In this document: piece by piece, positions 15,427 to 31,765 of the stretch
Layout of the letters: each line of letters opens with the position of its first letter
Position numbering within the stretch: the stretch's first letter is position 1
Assembly: GCA_009103225.1 (NCBI GenBank)
Contig: RHPI01001043.1
Location: forward strand, 102,056 to 166,055
DNA from: Chlorokybus atmophyticus
Lineage: Eukaryota > Plantae > Mesostigma and Chlorokybus algae
Reading direction: 5' to 3'
Length of the DNA stretch: 64,000 bases
Position numbers and translations under genes: made by a program
The notes under the pieces: generated by a model
What the model was told of the DNA's origin: nothing
Database searches by the model: none
What the model saw: the letters and a program-made list of their open reading frames with translations, nothing else

Positions 15427-16797
15427 CCCCCATCCCATACATATTACATGTCTCACAACCTTTTACGCATTGTCGTCGCCACGTGTTGCCCACGTTACCT
15501 ATCGAGCTCGCCGCGACCTAATTGCGACCGGCAAGTTGCACGCCTGACCCTCGTCCCCGTCCCCATGGGATCAGACCCTCGTTGCTGCGCGTCGACAGCG
15601 AATTATCGGGCAAGCCTGCGATCGCTCAGATAGTCGCAGGTCAAGAATTATCGCCGCTCCAACGGTTTGAGAGCCCGCGCGGCGCTTTCAGCCATTGATT
15701 TGCCAATGTTTGCCTCAGGTTCGAATGCCTCATGAGTTTCGAACCTGGGCTGCTCAGCTTCGTTACCACTACGACATTGGTGCCTTAATCACTAGCCTAT
15801 GGCAGCGTCTTTCGCTGCTACAGGGGGAGCCACATGTCTCACATATGCCTCATCCCGTAAATGTCACACCCGCACAACCTCACAATAGACACAAGCCCAA
15901 GCCACCCGCAATCACCACACTCCTGCGCAAAGACCTAGCTACGCACGCTGACCATGATCACGACAACGACCACCGCCGCCGCCGCCAACGATATCGCTCT
16001 GCATGTGCGTGCCATCGTGAATAGAGGCAAAGGGGGAGGTGTAGTAGAGTAGCACAAAGTGGAGGGACACCATACAAAAGGAGGGATGTACAGGATATGC
16101 GCGAGACAATTGTATATGCCACAGGGCTAAGCGTAGTGCAACCTTGTACTAGCAATGGCAGCAGCAGCGGTGGTGACCGACGCCGGTGCCGATACAGCAG
16201 CAGGACGCAATAATGACGCATGAGGCTGTATGTGTGTACTGACAGCTGACGTATTACTGACTACGCCTTACTCGACAAGGAGCACAAGACAAGGCAGCAT
16301 GCGCATGCTGCCAAGTTACAGTGTCTCCATTGCTGATCAGTGTACAAGTTGCGATTACGTCTCTACGGAAGTAAACCCATGCATTCATCATGGATAACAA
16401 CTACAATCCATCTCGCAATTTGTCTGATACGCGCTTGTATTCGACCTCAAACTCGGCAAGACTAACTCCGCACAATGTTGCAGCCTTGCAATGTGGCATG
16501 TTTAACTCGTACATCTGCGCTGTTATACACGCCTGACACAGTGCAAAAGGTCAAAAGTTAGTCATACATGAGAATCTGCAGCAATATTTGCTGCACTATG
16601 TTGAGAACCTTTAACACATTATTGTCAAAGACATCTGAGCCTACTGATCTGAGTATCTGCAAGCGTCCACAATAACGTGTTGCTATGTTGCAACATGATG
16701 CGTCGCAAGCCCAACGAGTCACTCACGCAGCGCACACGTGCTTACCAGGACGGGGATAGTTGGGTTGCCAAGCTTGCAAGCTTTCTCTCTACATGGC

Positions 16798-19700
16798 TCA
16801 TAAAGGTGGCACAGCTGCACCAATGCAGGCAGCAGTAACTGCTGCACGAGATGGTGTCAAGTCAATAAAGCAAAAAGGTTTTACAACCAACTCATCCAAA
16901 CACAGCAATGAGCGCTGAGGTTGATCACAGACCTGACACTGTAGAAGTTTGAGGCTGTGTGCGGCAGTCAACAACAACTGCTCATCCCATCGGAAGGAGT
17001 CAGACGAGGGACTGCTTTTCTGAGGCGTAGAGCTCTTCACCTTTGCATCATCATCTGACATACCACAGACGGAAACATGAGCGTCACCACCAATCTGTGC
17101 TTACATGCTTGAATGGTAGCCAAGCACGTCACTGAACCGCTGCACGCATCCGCAAACTGTTACCATGCAAACTCACTGCAGATTTTGTGTCAAGTCTCAA
17201 CACTCATGCTGTTCAGATAGTCTCTGCAGTTTTGTTTGACTTATGGTTTGCTGCAATCTGGTGCCGCTAACCGCTAGTGCACTAAGGTGCTGTTCTGAAT
17301 TGTCAACTGATATGTTACACTGACCGCTAAACAACTCAGGCATGACAAATGATGGGGTTGTCTTTGTCACAACATGAGGATATAAATGTGGATGCCAAAG
17401 ACCACCGTCGAGCAGTAGCAAACCTGAATCATCGAAGCTGAAGCACTTGGTGACATTGTTCACGTCCGCCAACTCTTCCGTGGCCAATCGAATGGAGCTC
17501 TGCGCAGCTGCATGCGAGACCACGCGCGTGTCCATATCAGGTAGCTCCAAGTCATGCTCACAATCAATGGCTATTGACTCCACCATGCTTCGTGTTACTC
17601 GCTGTGCAGAATTGCCGGGTGATGGGCTGCGCTTTGCTGCCTGTTGCAGCAAGAGACTGTGACTTGTGTGATTCAGCTGTATAATGTCAACACCTGGCAT
17701 GCGAGCAACACGCAGGTGCATACAACATGCATGTGCGTAATCACCTCTTCTGTTTCATGCTTTCTCTTCTTCTGTGCTGAGACCTCGGTTCGGGCTCTAA
17801 CTTCTTGCGGGCACGGCTGCATAAGACTAAGACACATCAACAGTACATCCATATGTCACCACAGTGGGCAGCGACAACATGATGCACAATGCAGTGGTGA
17901 AGGCAGTGTCATCCTGTTTAGCGACACTGTACCCTCTTGGCTAATTTCTTCTTGGGTGTTGCAGGTTTTGAGACCTTATCCTTCTGCAATGGCTGCAAAC
18001 AGGCTACCGATTACAAGGTCGCTTGCTTTGCCAGAGGGACGCGCGCACACACGCACATGCACGCAGACGTATACACAGGCAGGCAGGCAGGCACGCATAC
18101 AGACACACATAGTGACCTTACATGTTGAATCAGGGATTGGTGGCGACTGCACGCAACAGTGTTCACGTTCGTTTCAATTGCGCAGTCGGGATCATTCCAC
18201 GCGCATGGCCAATGATAGATGGCATTGCAGCCGCGCCCAGCGCACTTAACGGAGGCGCTCTGCCGATGGCAATACGTGCATTCCTGCAGAAAATGTGTTA
18301 TGAATGAAACAATGACTCTGGTCATGATTGTTACGTCATCACCCTGGGTCACCACGACACCATCCAACCCCATCTTACCACACGCTCGACGCGTCGCAGA
18401 AGTGTGCCTATCTCCAGCGCATCCACGTCACCGCGAATGAGCTGATGAACGGGCTGCCGAGAGTATGTGCTGTACAGTATGCATTCATCATGCAACCAAA
18501 TCAGGCGGTTGCTTTCTGGTAGGTAAAATGGCCCCGCCAAGTCAACCTCATTCAAGACACCTGTTGCGCAAGACAGGGCAACGTTGAGTCAAAAGGTAAA
18601 ACCATTTTCAAGCCCTTCCCAGGCTTCCGGTTGCACAGTACCTGGATATTCACCAGCGACAATGTTGCACAGACTGCAGCGGTTCCTGAATTCAGAACCT
18701 TCAACCTATGCAAGCAACATATTATTGAATTCTGAATAAGTGAATAAGCTTGAAGGCCTGCAAACACCAACGCTTTGAGCATGCAAGCTCCAAGTGCCAT
18801 GGGGTCCAATCGGCTACATACCCTCGGCGCTTGAACCCATTTATTATCAACCCATTGCCTTCCTGGGCGCAGCAGATTGAGTGGAGACTCCAGCACATCG
18901 CCTGGTAGTAAGAAAGCCGGTGTTGGACATGCACACACACAATCATAACAAAACACATAATCACATATAGACACAAAATGTGACACACAAGCATGCACTT
19001 GGGCACAAGCATCACGCACACACAGTTCCGCCTCTATAGACAACTCCACATCCATACACATGCGTACGCGCATCAGTATCCACGATGATATCTATGTTAT
19101 GGCAACACTGTCAACCTACCAATGCCCGTGGCAAAGAAGAGCAACGCAGTGTCATCGGCATGCCGCGGTGCTCGCAGGACAATAGCTTCCCACCAGACAT
19201 CCCGCCACAAGTACTCGACCCAACTGCCAACCTCTACATCCAAAGTGGCCACGCGCTCCCTCTCAGGCTCCCTTTTGGGACGCACAGGCAATGTGTTCGG
19301 ACGAACAAGAGCCCCCTAAGAGAGTCACAACTTGTTTGTACGCCAACTTCTACAAAAGACTTGCAGTGATTTTCCCCAATGCAATGTGGTAGTTTGATAA
19401 TTTTAAATCGTGCCATTGTACTCACCACTTGAGCAGCTGTCGGTTTACAAAGCTGTACCATGCCAACGAGTTTGTTGGCTGGGTCTGCATCTGACAGGAA
19501 GTCGCGGTATTCTACTTGGATTGCGCCTGGAAATATTGACTGTACCTGCATACTTTGCATGTCAAGGCGGCTGTGTACACTTGCACCGACACAAAAGCAG
19601 ATCTCTCTAGCAAGGTTGTGCGAGGCATACTACTGGCTAATTGATGTCCCGCATGCAAAGAGATGACCCAATTGTAACTTTCCCAAGCCTACAACAACAA

Positions 19701-20004
19701 CAGGCTGCTCTCTTGTACAATATGGGACTGTGGAATCTAGCCACAACATTGAACTAGCCGTTCCTCGTCTCGCGTCTTTGGCAATGCCAATTATTTGCAT
19801 GTGTGTTCTGATACGAACACTGACTTGTGTTTGGGCGCGAGAGGAGCCTGTGCCGTGCAAGCTAGCCAACGCCAATGCTTGCAATGCAAGTTCGCACACA
19901 CAACGCATGCACACACACACACATACCTTTGCAGTGGCCCAACTCCCATAAAACCCTTCCTCATTGGCAAAAACTTCAACAATGGATCCTCTCCTCCACG
20001 CCAT
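16798..20004 (-). CDS. Tandem Agenet (plant Tudor) plus extended PHD (zf-HC5HC2H) chromatin-reader protein, multi-exon
   Basis: MAWRRGSIVEVFANEEGFYGSWATAK and VGSWVEYLWRDVWWEAIVL are Agenet signatures, followed by GDVLESPLNLLRPGRQWVDNKW. WLHDECILYS and CTYCHRQSASVKCAGRGCNAIYHWPCA...CSRH form the ePHD. C-terminal exons and the stop position are less certain. Confidence 0.75.
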
Positions 20005-20900
20005 GCTGGAGGCGGGCTGTGCATGCCTCGTCATTGCCAGTTCTTATCAGCTAAGCATTTCCTCGAGCCAGGATATCGCTATATTACACGTACTTCAAGC
20101 AATATAGCCACCCCACCGTTTGTCTGTCCACAATGACAAAACACTGAGCTGCTGCAACCTAAACTACGAGCACAGCCAAGGTTTCACAAGCTCAGCAGAG
20201 TCACCTAGTATCATGTTCGCCGTGCAACGCTGTCATGTGCATCGGCACTAACATGGCGAAAGCTCTATAAACGCTGGTTGAGCTGGTAAGTAAACCTTGC
20301 TCAACCGCAGGCATTGCACAAGCAAGCCAGTCCTAGACTTGCTGAACACAGGCTCAGTCCCTTCCGTCCAAGTTGCCTGATATGAGGCCTCCTTTCGTCA
20401 CGAAAGTGCCGCAGGACTTCTTGTACTTTAGCTCACGACAACACCTCCAAACTGCAACACCACGCCCCTGCCCGCCCCAACGACACCGCCGTCTCCGTCG
20501 CCGACAACCACAGCAATAGCGGCGTTGGCGGGAATGAATAACGCTGAGGATTCACCAGCGTTGTTCACTTGCCACTGGTGAATGAACAACAGTCACCACT
20601 GGTGAAGTGGTGCATGAACAACAGCAGTGACAGGCAATTGGGGTCGAAACCCAACGACTAGACGCGAACCTTGGCTTCCTAGACCGGATCGTGTGAACTC
20701 AGGTCGACGAACAAAGTAGGCCTAAAACCCGCAATCTCGAACCGGATGCTGGATAAACTCTGCCGTCGTTTTGCTTATCCAATCAGAAGGCTCTGCCAGG
20801 TGGCGCTTGCCTCTGCCGCCGCCGCCGCAGTGGCGTTGTGGCCGTCGTGGTGGTCATTGTCACTGTTGCTAGACGTCGTGTGGTGACGGAGCTTGTGACA

Positions 20901-23330
<2,430 letters not shown>

Positions 23331-24158
23331 AAAAGGTTTGCATGGTCCCTTTTTCTTCGGCAGCAGCCTCATTGGCTGCCTAGTGTACAGACGGCGCGTT
23401 GTAACCGAAGACATACACTACATAGCATGGCTGACTAATGCATAATAGCTTGCAGCAAGTCCTCTCGAAATTTGTAACTCACTGAAACTATGCGCATGAC
23501 ACCTGGTTCTCTCCAGGGTGTGGCACTGATGCGCTGAGTACACAGCCGTGTTTGGCAACAGCGCAGGGCGTGCGATGCGTCATCAAAACAGCAACAAATG
23601 CTCACTTTGTAGGCGAAAAGGAACCTTGTTGTGCAAGAATGTTATTGTGCAAGCTTGTCACAACAGGGGGGGCCTAGCACACTTGCAATTGCCGTTAACC
23701 AAGCCTGAGATGAGATAGCTGGATTATGTTGTAGACTTAGTGGCCAGCGCCGTCGCGGGCGCCGCAGGCAGCGATGCATGCAAGCATGCCGGCGGCTGCA
23801 GCTCGGCAGAGGCGACGGTGGCAGCAGCTTGCATACCTTGCAAATTGTTAACTTCATAACACGGAACATGCATGCTTAGTCTTTGACTGTGACCTGTGCA
23901 CCCCTTAGTACAAAGTTTGTACTACAACGTCCGGGAGACGTCACAGCGTTTGCCAGTGAATACTTGATAATACTTGATAATCAACTACGTCACTCTCCGA
24001 TATCGACAATCTCGTTCCCCGCAGGTATCCGCTTGCGGGCAGGCCTTAGAATTTAGTTATTGCTCTCATCATAGCGCTCATCCTCAACGTTGTTCGTGTT
24101 GTCGTTGTCGCCGTCCTCCTTAGCGTCTTCGTCAGCGGCGGCGGTGGCTGGCGTACAC

Positions 24159-26142
24159 ATGGCGCCCTCCGCCTCTTCGCCCCAGAAGGTTGCCCTTGTG
24201 GCTGGCGCCTCCGGCATCACGGGGCGCAACCTCATCCTGCACATGGAGAAGGCAGGGGGATGGAGCAAGATATACGGTACAAGCAGACGGCAGGGGCTGG
24301 ATTTCTGCAAGAATGTCACACACATCCAGGCAAGGGGAAGAGTTGCTCAAGTAGTTGTGCATGCATGTAATTGTGTGTCTGTTGATTGATTCCACATGCG
24401 CAGGTGGACTTGTTGAAAGATGATGATGTGAAGAGCAAGCTTGGTCAGCTGAACGACGTCACGCACATATACTTCATGGCTTTCCAAGCCACTGGAAGCC
24501 ACCCCAAAGATGTTGAGGTGACGATTTGTCTGTGAAGTATTGCATGTGTGTAGCACTTGTTGTGTATCGTGAAGCACTCTGATGTGTTGCATGGGGACGC
24601 AAATGTGCAGGTCAATTTCGGGATGATGAAGAATGTTGTTGAGGCGGTGCAGAACAGCTCGTCGTCGCTGCAACATGTCTTTGTGATGTCAGGGACAAAG
24701 TGGTATGGTGAGTGAGATTGCGCACCATGTGCACTTGATCAGTAATGAAGCGTGAGATGAGTAATGCGGCGTGTGGATGTGCGTAACACATGCACCGCAT
24801 TGCATACTTTGTACACACTCGTGCACGACCATGCACGTGCATTCTCTCATGCACAAGCATACGCACGTGCACACACGCATGCAAACGTGCTTGCACTCGT
24901 GCGTGTGCACATGCGTATGCACTATCAGGTTGTCTACTGACTCGCTTCATCACGCATGATTATACTTTGCAACGGCCACATGCGCATGGTTGCCTGCAGG
25001 CCCTCACCTCGGCAAAATGAAGACACCCGCCCGGGAAGATGACCCCAGGCAAGGGCTCAAGTGCCACACCTGCATGCAGGCATCCACACACATGTGCACA
25101 CAAAGTGACATGCAGACTTGCACGAACACACACGTCACTTTACTAGCATCAGTTGTTTGTGCATGCGTGCACCAACATAGAATTTTCCAAACGCTTTATA
25201 GCTCAACAGGTCAATGGCACCGAACTTCTACTACGACATGCAAGACTACGCATCGGAGCCCGAGAGGAAGTACAGCTGGTCCTCGCTGCGGCCGAACCCC
25301 GTGTGCGGGTTCAGCAAGGGTTCGGTCATGAACCTCACCACCAGCATAGCGGTGTACGCCGCCATATGCAAAGAGATGGGACTCCCATTCCGGTACGTGA
25401 TGCATGTTCTGGTGTTGTGTTGGATTGCATGTTCGGTGTTGTGTTGAGTGGCAGTCGGTAACATTCTGTGTGTGTTGTGTCTCTCAGGTTTCCCGGGACC
25501 GATGCTGCGTATTATAATGTCCTGCTCGAAGTTGTTGATGTGGACGTGCTGTCCTCGGCCGCCTGTTACGTGTCCACGCACGAGCAATGCTCCAACCAGG
25601 CGTACAACGTGTCAAATGGAGATGTCTTCCGTTGGTGCGAGGTAAGACGAGACAGTGAGATGCGTGTGCACGTGTGTGCGCGTAAGTCTGCTCATGTACA
25701 CCAGAGTTTACATGTGCGTATGTGTGTACGCGCAGCTGCTGTCACATGTGTCAGCACGGTCATATGCATTACATTGCATAATTTGTACACATGACATTAA
25801 TGTGATATAACTTTCCCTGCATAGGTTTGGCCAAAGATTGGGGCGCATTTTGGCATGGAGGTGCCTCCCCCTCAGCCCTTTTCGCTACTGGAGATGATGG
25901 CAGACAAGGAGCCGGTATGGGACAGGATTGTTGAGAAACACAACCTGAGCAAGATCGCGTACGCGGATGTGGGCACATGGTACTTTGCGGACTTTGTGTT
26001 CGGTCAGCAGAACGACTGGTTCGCCAATGTAAACAAGCTTCGGCGTGCGGGTTTTGATAAAATGTGCGTGGACTCGGACGAGATGTTTCTCAGGCAGATG
26101 CGCGAGCTGCAGGACAACCAAGTGATACCCAAGTATTGGTAG
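24159..26142 (+). CDS. VEP1/PRISE-family (progesterone 5-beta-reductase / iridoid synthase-like) short-chain reductase, multi-exon
   Basis: VALVAGASGITGRNL Rossmann motif, GTKWYG, PARED-x-PR...PNFYYDMQD (catalytic NFYY motif), WSSLRPNPVCG, NQAYNVSNGDVFRW and NKLRRAGF. Stop at 26140-26142. Confidence 0.9.
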
Positions 26143-26896
26143 TGTTTGTTGGGATGTTGCATCCACACACATAGCAGCTCGTTGTGTGCGTTTAAGTAGG
26201 GCTTGTGAGAGATATCCATGTCCCCAGTGTCTTGGCTAGCTGTACGCATTGTGCTGCCAAATGTTCACTGCGGGCTGCCCAGTGCTCTGCCAACAGAGTC
26301 ACTGGTGCAAGAGGTGTGTAAAGAATTGCGATACAGAATTTCTGAAGTTGGTTGAGGAGGCAAAAGGTTTGTACAGTTGCTGTTTGCCTGATCAGTATGT
26401 TTGTTTGTCTTGGCTTCGGAGCGATTTGATTGCTGTGATGTCGCCTTTATGACGAGAAGCAAGACCATCGGTATTGTACGGTATTTGCACAACAGGCACT
26501 GACATACACAACAACAGCGAATATCCTGTACACTGCATGAATTGGCCCGGCAACCATACAGGCAAGCCGAGCGTGCGCATCCACTCTATGTGGGCGGACA
26601 AGATGAGAAGCTATTGAGTTGACATTACCGACCACGCACCGTGAGTATATACGCATTAACCAAGCACTGTCTCTATACATTATTCAGTACTACTGAGAGT
26701 CCACTGTGGTGCAGTTGATGCAAATGCTCGTCAACCATTGGCGTCAACCACCTCTACACGGTAACAGTTGGACACCATCATGTCTATAGTGCATCGCCCA
26801 CTGCGCTAGCCACTGGGGACATATGTGCGTGGCTGCGGAACTGCATCAGCGCATATGCACTTGTTCCCAATGGAAACCGCGGTGGGTAACATTGTT

Positions 26897-28050
26897 TCAC
26901 TTGACCGCTTCAGTGACCGCAGAGTTTAAGGCCCTCATCTTGCCAATGTGACTGCCGCGCATGCGCATGTGCTCACTCTGCCAGCAAGAAGACCGCATGT
27001 CAGTAGCATGCACAACAACACACCAGACAACACGCTCACACTTGACCCACAACAACCTATGTGTAACCCATGTGAAAACTACCACGCAACGCCAAATCAT
27101 CAGAAGTAAGGCACCACTCACCGAATGCAGGGCCCAGATCATAAGGTCCGACGCGGTTTTCTCACAGAATGCGCACGGGCAGTCCGCTGAGCAGTGGCAG
27201 CTGCGGCCAGACTTGTATGTGTCGCAGTAGCAACCCTGAAGTGCATTGCATATGGCTTATGAATGCTGCAGCCGGCCCGCGCCGGCAAGACAGCAGGAGT
27301 AGCTGCATTGTTGAACGCAACACAGCACATGCGCCTTGGCGCCAGCATACACCAGCATACGATATAAACGCAATGGCAAGGGGCTAACAGCTGCATATGC
27401 GAGTGCACTACGGACATGCAGTGTTTGCTGTGCGTGACCATGTCAGCCAGAACAATGCAGTGGTTAACTGCTTTGCAGCGGGGCATGCATGAGTTCACAC
27501 TTGCATAAAGCTCACACCAACTGCTGCAGCAGTGACAGCACTCGCCTGGACGAGTCTGCAGGTGCACGTGCTGAGCTCCCTACTCCTGGTGCATACAGAG
27601 CAGATGCATGCGGAGGCGTCGCAGTGGCAGTGGCGGCCGCAGGCGCAGTCGCTTCCACAACCGCACCGGCTCCTCTTGCAGACAGATGGTTGTCGTGGAC
27701 GACATTGATAACATCAATGCCAAATGCACAAGACAAGAACCAGCAAGAGTGACAAACGTCTATTGGGCAACGTAGCAGATCACACAGTAATTACTCGTCC
27801 AGTGCAACAAGTCAAGTAACGATATCTAACTCTTAAGAGTACAAAGTTTGTACACATTGCAAACAAGCCAATGCGCTAGTTCCTGATCTACATCGTGAAG
27901 TCTGCGAACTGGCTGCTGAAGGAGAGCATACTGAATTGCACTACCGCACGCCTTCTGCTTACTGGGCCGATGGGGGTGGTGTAGTCCAGCCCATAGTTGC
28001 TGACGTGGTTCTTTGGTTGGTTCATCCAGCACCAGTCTTCTCCACAAGAA
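26897..28050 (-). CDS. Unknown multi-exon protein with a Cys-cluster exon; start not resolved
   Basis: Exon-like segments EDWCWMNQPKNHVSNYGLDYTTPIGP|gtaagc, DVINVVHDNHLS...LSLLQQL, GCYCDTYKSGRSCHCSADCPCAFCEKTASDLMIWALHS|gtgagt and SEHMRMRGSHIGKMRALNSAVTEAVK*. The Cys frame shows C/G third-position bias and canonical splice sites. Confidence 0.5.
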
Positions 28051-29221
28051 GACGGACACAACAGTGAGGACGACAACAACAACAACAACAGAAACAACAA
28101 GCACAACAATCCCAGCAGCAGAAGAACAACAGCGAGAACCACAGCAACACCCACGCAGCGCTACTCGTCCACCTTCGACCCTGCACCAAGCAACACCGCA
28201 AGCGCTTGCTTGCAACAGTTGCGTGCAACCCTAAAGACAAGCGTCGAGCAGGTCCAGCTGGCAGGTCGCCGCCACTGCGACGGATAAGCACAGAGATCTC
28301 AATGCCGCCGCCGCCGTCAGCAACCTGACGTCAGTGCTGATGTGGCATCGGCAAGATGGTGTCAGACGAGTGCCGCTGTCACAGGACGGATATCGATGCC
28401 TCGCCTGCTGCGAGATGGATTTGCTCTGGGCGGTGAGAGAGATGTCCACAGCGCGTGGCAATCTTCCCTGCCTCGTGGTGTCAGGTGTTTTGACGTGCCG
28501 TCAACGCAAAAACTGATTGAGTGGATAGTACACATCCGTACTGGCAGTAATTTGCATGCGCACAGCATGACAGTGCAGACTGAAGCGCTGCAGGCTGCAG
28601 CGCAGTGGTAGGCGATGACTTCTTGCCTTACTCTCGGCCTGTAGGCATAGGGTCAATTCACCTAATTTCGGATATGAGCCCTATTTCGGTGATAGGCACT
28701 TATGCTGAGCTGGAGGGCGCATCTTTCATCCGATAGGCTTGAGACTTATGGGCATTAAACTAGGCAATTATAGACTTCGTTTGAGTCAATAAACGCTGCA
28801 AACGGCCTACTATAGCACCAGATTCAAGTTTTCAAGCATGGGTTCATAGGCTGCACTTTCTTGTGCACATGATGGTATAACTTTGTCTGATGATAACTTG
28901 GGCTATACTGTCTCGAATTGGCTGAAAATAAGTGCATTGCAATGCTATAGGTGTGCTTTACTTATTTTCAAATTTTCAGTTCATTTGCCGCGGTATTGCA
29001 AAAGTTATAGAACTCAGTGCAAGTACGTAACGCATAGCTTTTTAGTTAAAACCCTACACATGTGAATAAAGACTAGAAGGTTTGAATTTCAGTTTGGCGC
29101 CTTTCAAGCTGTGTGAACGTTTGGGATGCTGTTGTAATTGATATTTGATGAGGCACCTTGGGGTGTGCTAGTTTGTGTGTTATTCTGGTTGAGTGAGGTG
29201 GGGGAGAGGAGGGGGGGGGGG

Positions 29222-29365
29222 NNNNNNNNNNNNNNNNNNNNNNNNNNNNNNNNNNNNNNNNNNNNNNNNNNNNNNNNNNNNNNNNNNNNNNNNNNNNNNN
29301 NNNNNNNNNNNNNNNNNNNNNNNNNNNNNNNNNNNNNNNNNNNNNNNNNNNNNNNNNNNNNNNNN
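29222..29365. other. Assembly gap inside the transposon, flanked by poly-G
   Basis: N run seen directly. Confidence 0.99.
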
Positions 29366-29409
<44 letters not shown>

Positions 29410-29695
29410 GCCAGGCTGTGCATAGGTGAAGTTGTGTGCATGCATGTGTGCTGGTTATTGAGCGCAAAGGGCAGTGGGTGAGGTTCAACAAGCTGCAACC
29501 TGCAAGTTAGCAAGTACAAGTACAAGTGTGTAGCACAAGACACGTTCTGCACCTCTGCTGCACCTCTACTACTACCTCTACCCATGCCAAGAAGTAAAGG
29601 AGCACGGGTGGGTGATGTTTTGCTTCGGCATTGCATCATCATCCTTGTGGCAATGGTCCCACTCAGACCACCCATGTCCTCATGCTGCTAAGTGT

Positions 29696-31765
29696 ATGCA
29701 GGGCAGCAAGCGCGTAAGAGCAAAGACCCCTCGCAAGCCTGGTGCCAGGGGCAGCTACAAGAGGCACCAAGACAACCTGGAAGACATTAGCAGAGTGGTT
29801 AGTGCTGTGAACGCCAAGTGTATGGATGTGAGCACCGCACTGGCGGAGTTGGACATCCCCTATAGCACTCTTTGGGACTACTGCCGGCACCCGCAGAAGC
29901 TTGACAACTACAGGTAACCAGTGATTAGTTTCAGTTGCAGTAATTGATGGCAAGTGCGCATGTGCATGTGTGTATGCTGAAAGTGATTGTGCGTGCAGAG
30001 GTGCAGGTGCACCTACTCTCTTGACGGATGAGGAAGAAACCGACGTGGCTACCTTCGTAAATGCACGCAACCAAGTTGGGAGAGCATTGACATGGACTGC
30101 GATATGCTTGGAGGTTGGCAAGCGATTAGCACAGGACCAGCGTGCGAAGACTTTCAAGAATGGCATGCCTACCAGAAAGTGGTTTGATGCTTTCAAAGCT
30201 AGGAAGAAGCTTGTGTCACGCAAGGCGGAACCTCTGGACCGCTCTAGAAGGATTGGCCTCAGCAGACCTGTGGTGGAGCATTACTTTAACCTGTTGGCAG
30301 AGGTAGTTAACGACCTGGGAGTGGGGCCTGATAGGATTATCTCCGCGGACGAGATAGGGGTAGAGCCCGACACTGCCATGCAAAACCAAAGAGTCATAGT
30401 AGCCAGGTCAGAATGCTATACTTGTGCATGTGATGCAAGTAGGAGTGCAAGTGCATTTGCTGATATGTTGATGTGCTTGGCAGTGGGTCGAAGTGGGCTC
30501 AAACAGCCACTACCTACAGTAGGGAACACATTACCTTGATGTGTGCGGTAACAGGCGTGGGGTATGCCTTTCCTCCACTTGTAATCCTGAAAGGCAAGAG
30601 GTTGAACGATGATGTGGACGGCTTTGATGTGTGGGGTGCTGGCTTCAAGGCTCAAGAGAATGCCTGGATGACCACAGAGATATTTGAAGATTGGGTGAAG
30701 ATGTTGGTGTTGCACATCCCGGGAGGAGTATCCGCTTCCAAACCAGCTCTGCTCATCATTGATGGCCATGTCAGCCGCTACAACGCGAGCATGATCAGCT
30801 ATGCAAGAGACCAAGGACTGCACATCATTATCTTGCCCCCTCACACCACTCACAGACTTCAAGTGCTCGACGTGAGCTGTTTTCACCCCTTTAAGGAGGA
30901 ATATAGGAAGCTCTACAGACAAAGGCAAGCAGTACGCTACAACTATCACCTGACAAGGAAAGAATTCCTGCGCATGCTTGTCAAACCATTCCACGCCGGG
31001 CTGTCTTCTCAAAACATCATCAGTGGCTTCCGTGCATGTGGACTGTGGCCGCTTAACAAGCATTGCGTGGACAAGTACCTGCCACCTGTACTTCCAGAAG
31101 GCCACCTGGGAGCGTTGCTTGAGGCCATAGATGTTGAAGATGCCACTGCCAACGACGCCACCAACCCAGAAGACAGCGTTGAGAACAACCACTTGCATGC
31201 AGAAGCTCCTCCCAAAAAGAGAAGGGGGGTCACCTGCGCACATATTCTAACAAGTGAGGAGCTGCATAGTATGTTGGTTGAACAAGATAATGAGAAGGAG
31301 AGGAAGCGGCAAGCAAAGCTTCAGAGGCAACAGGACAAGGCAGACAAGGCAGAGGCCGCTACATACGCAGCTGCACAAAAGGTTCTAGCACAAGCAGCCA
31401 AGAAGGCTGCAAGTGAGGAGAAGAAAAGGCAAGAGCAGGCAGAGAAGGAGGAGAGGCTTGCGGCAAGGCAAGCAAAGCAGCAGCAGGCAGCGAGACAGAA
31501 AGCAGATTACAAAGCAGCGCAAGAAGAGGGAGCTCGCCTTGAGAAGGAGCGGAGGGAGAGGACAGCCCTGGAAGCCACTGCTATACTCATGCGCTATGAG
31601 TGGGATCTTGTCTTGTGTGATAACCAGCAAGGTGAGCCATTCGCGGACGTTGCCGAAGACTATGTAAACACGCGCTTTACACCCCACCCAGAGGCGAAGG
31701 CAGCAGGCGCCCGCTGGAGGGCGAGGAGGAGAGCTGCTAGCAAGCAGCCAGAGTCAGTTCCGTAG
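29696..31765 (+). CDS. DD35D transposase (HTH + CENP-B-type HTH + DDE_1) with two introns and a long coiled-coil C-terminus
   Basis: LDIPYSTLWDY (HTH), PTLLTDEEE...WFDAFKAR (CENP-B-like HTH), IISADEIG, REHITLMCAV...PPLVILKG, LLIIDGHVSRY and LPPHTTHRLQVLDVSCFHPFK. 35 residues lie between the second and third Asp. Introns at about 29914-29998 and 30407-30483; no stop codons seen. Confidence 0.92.
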
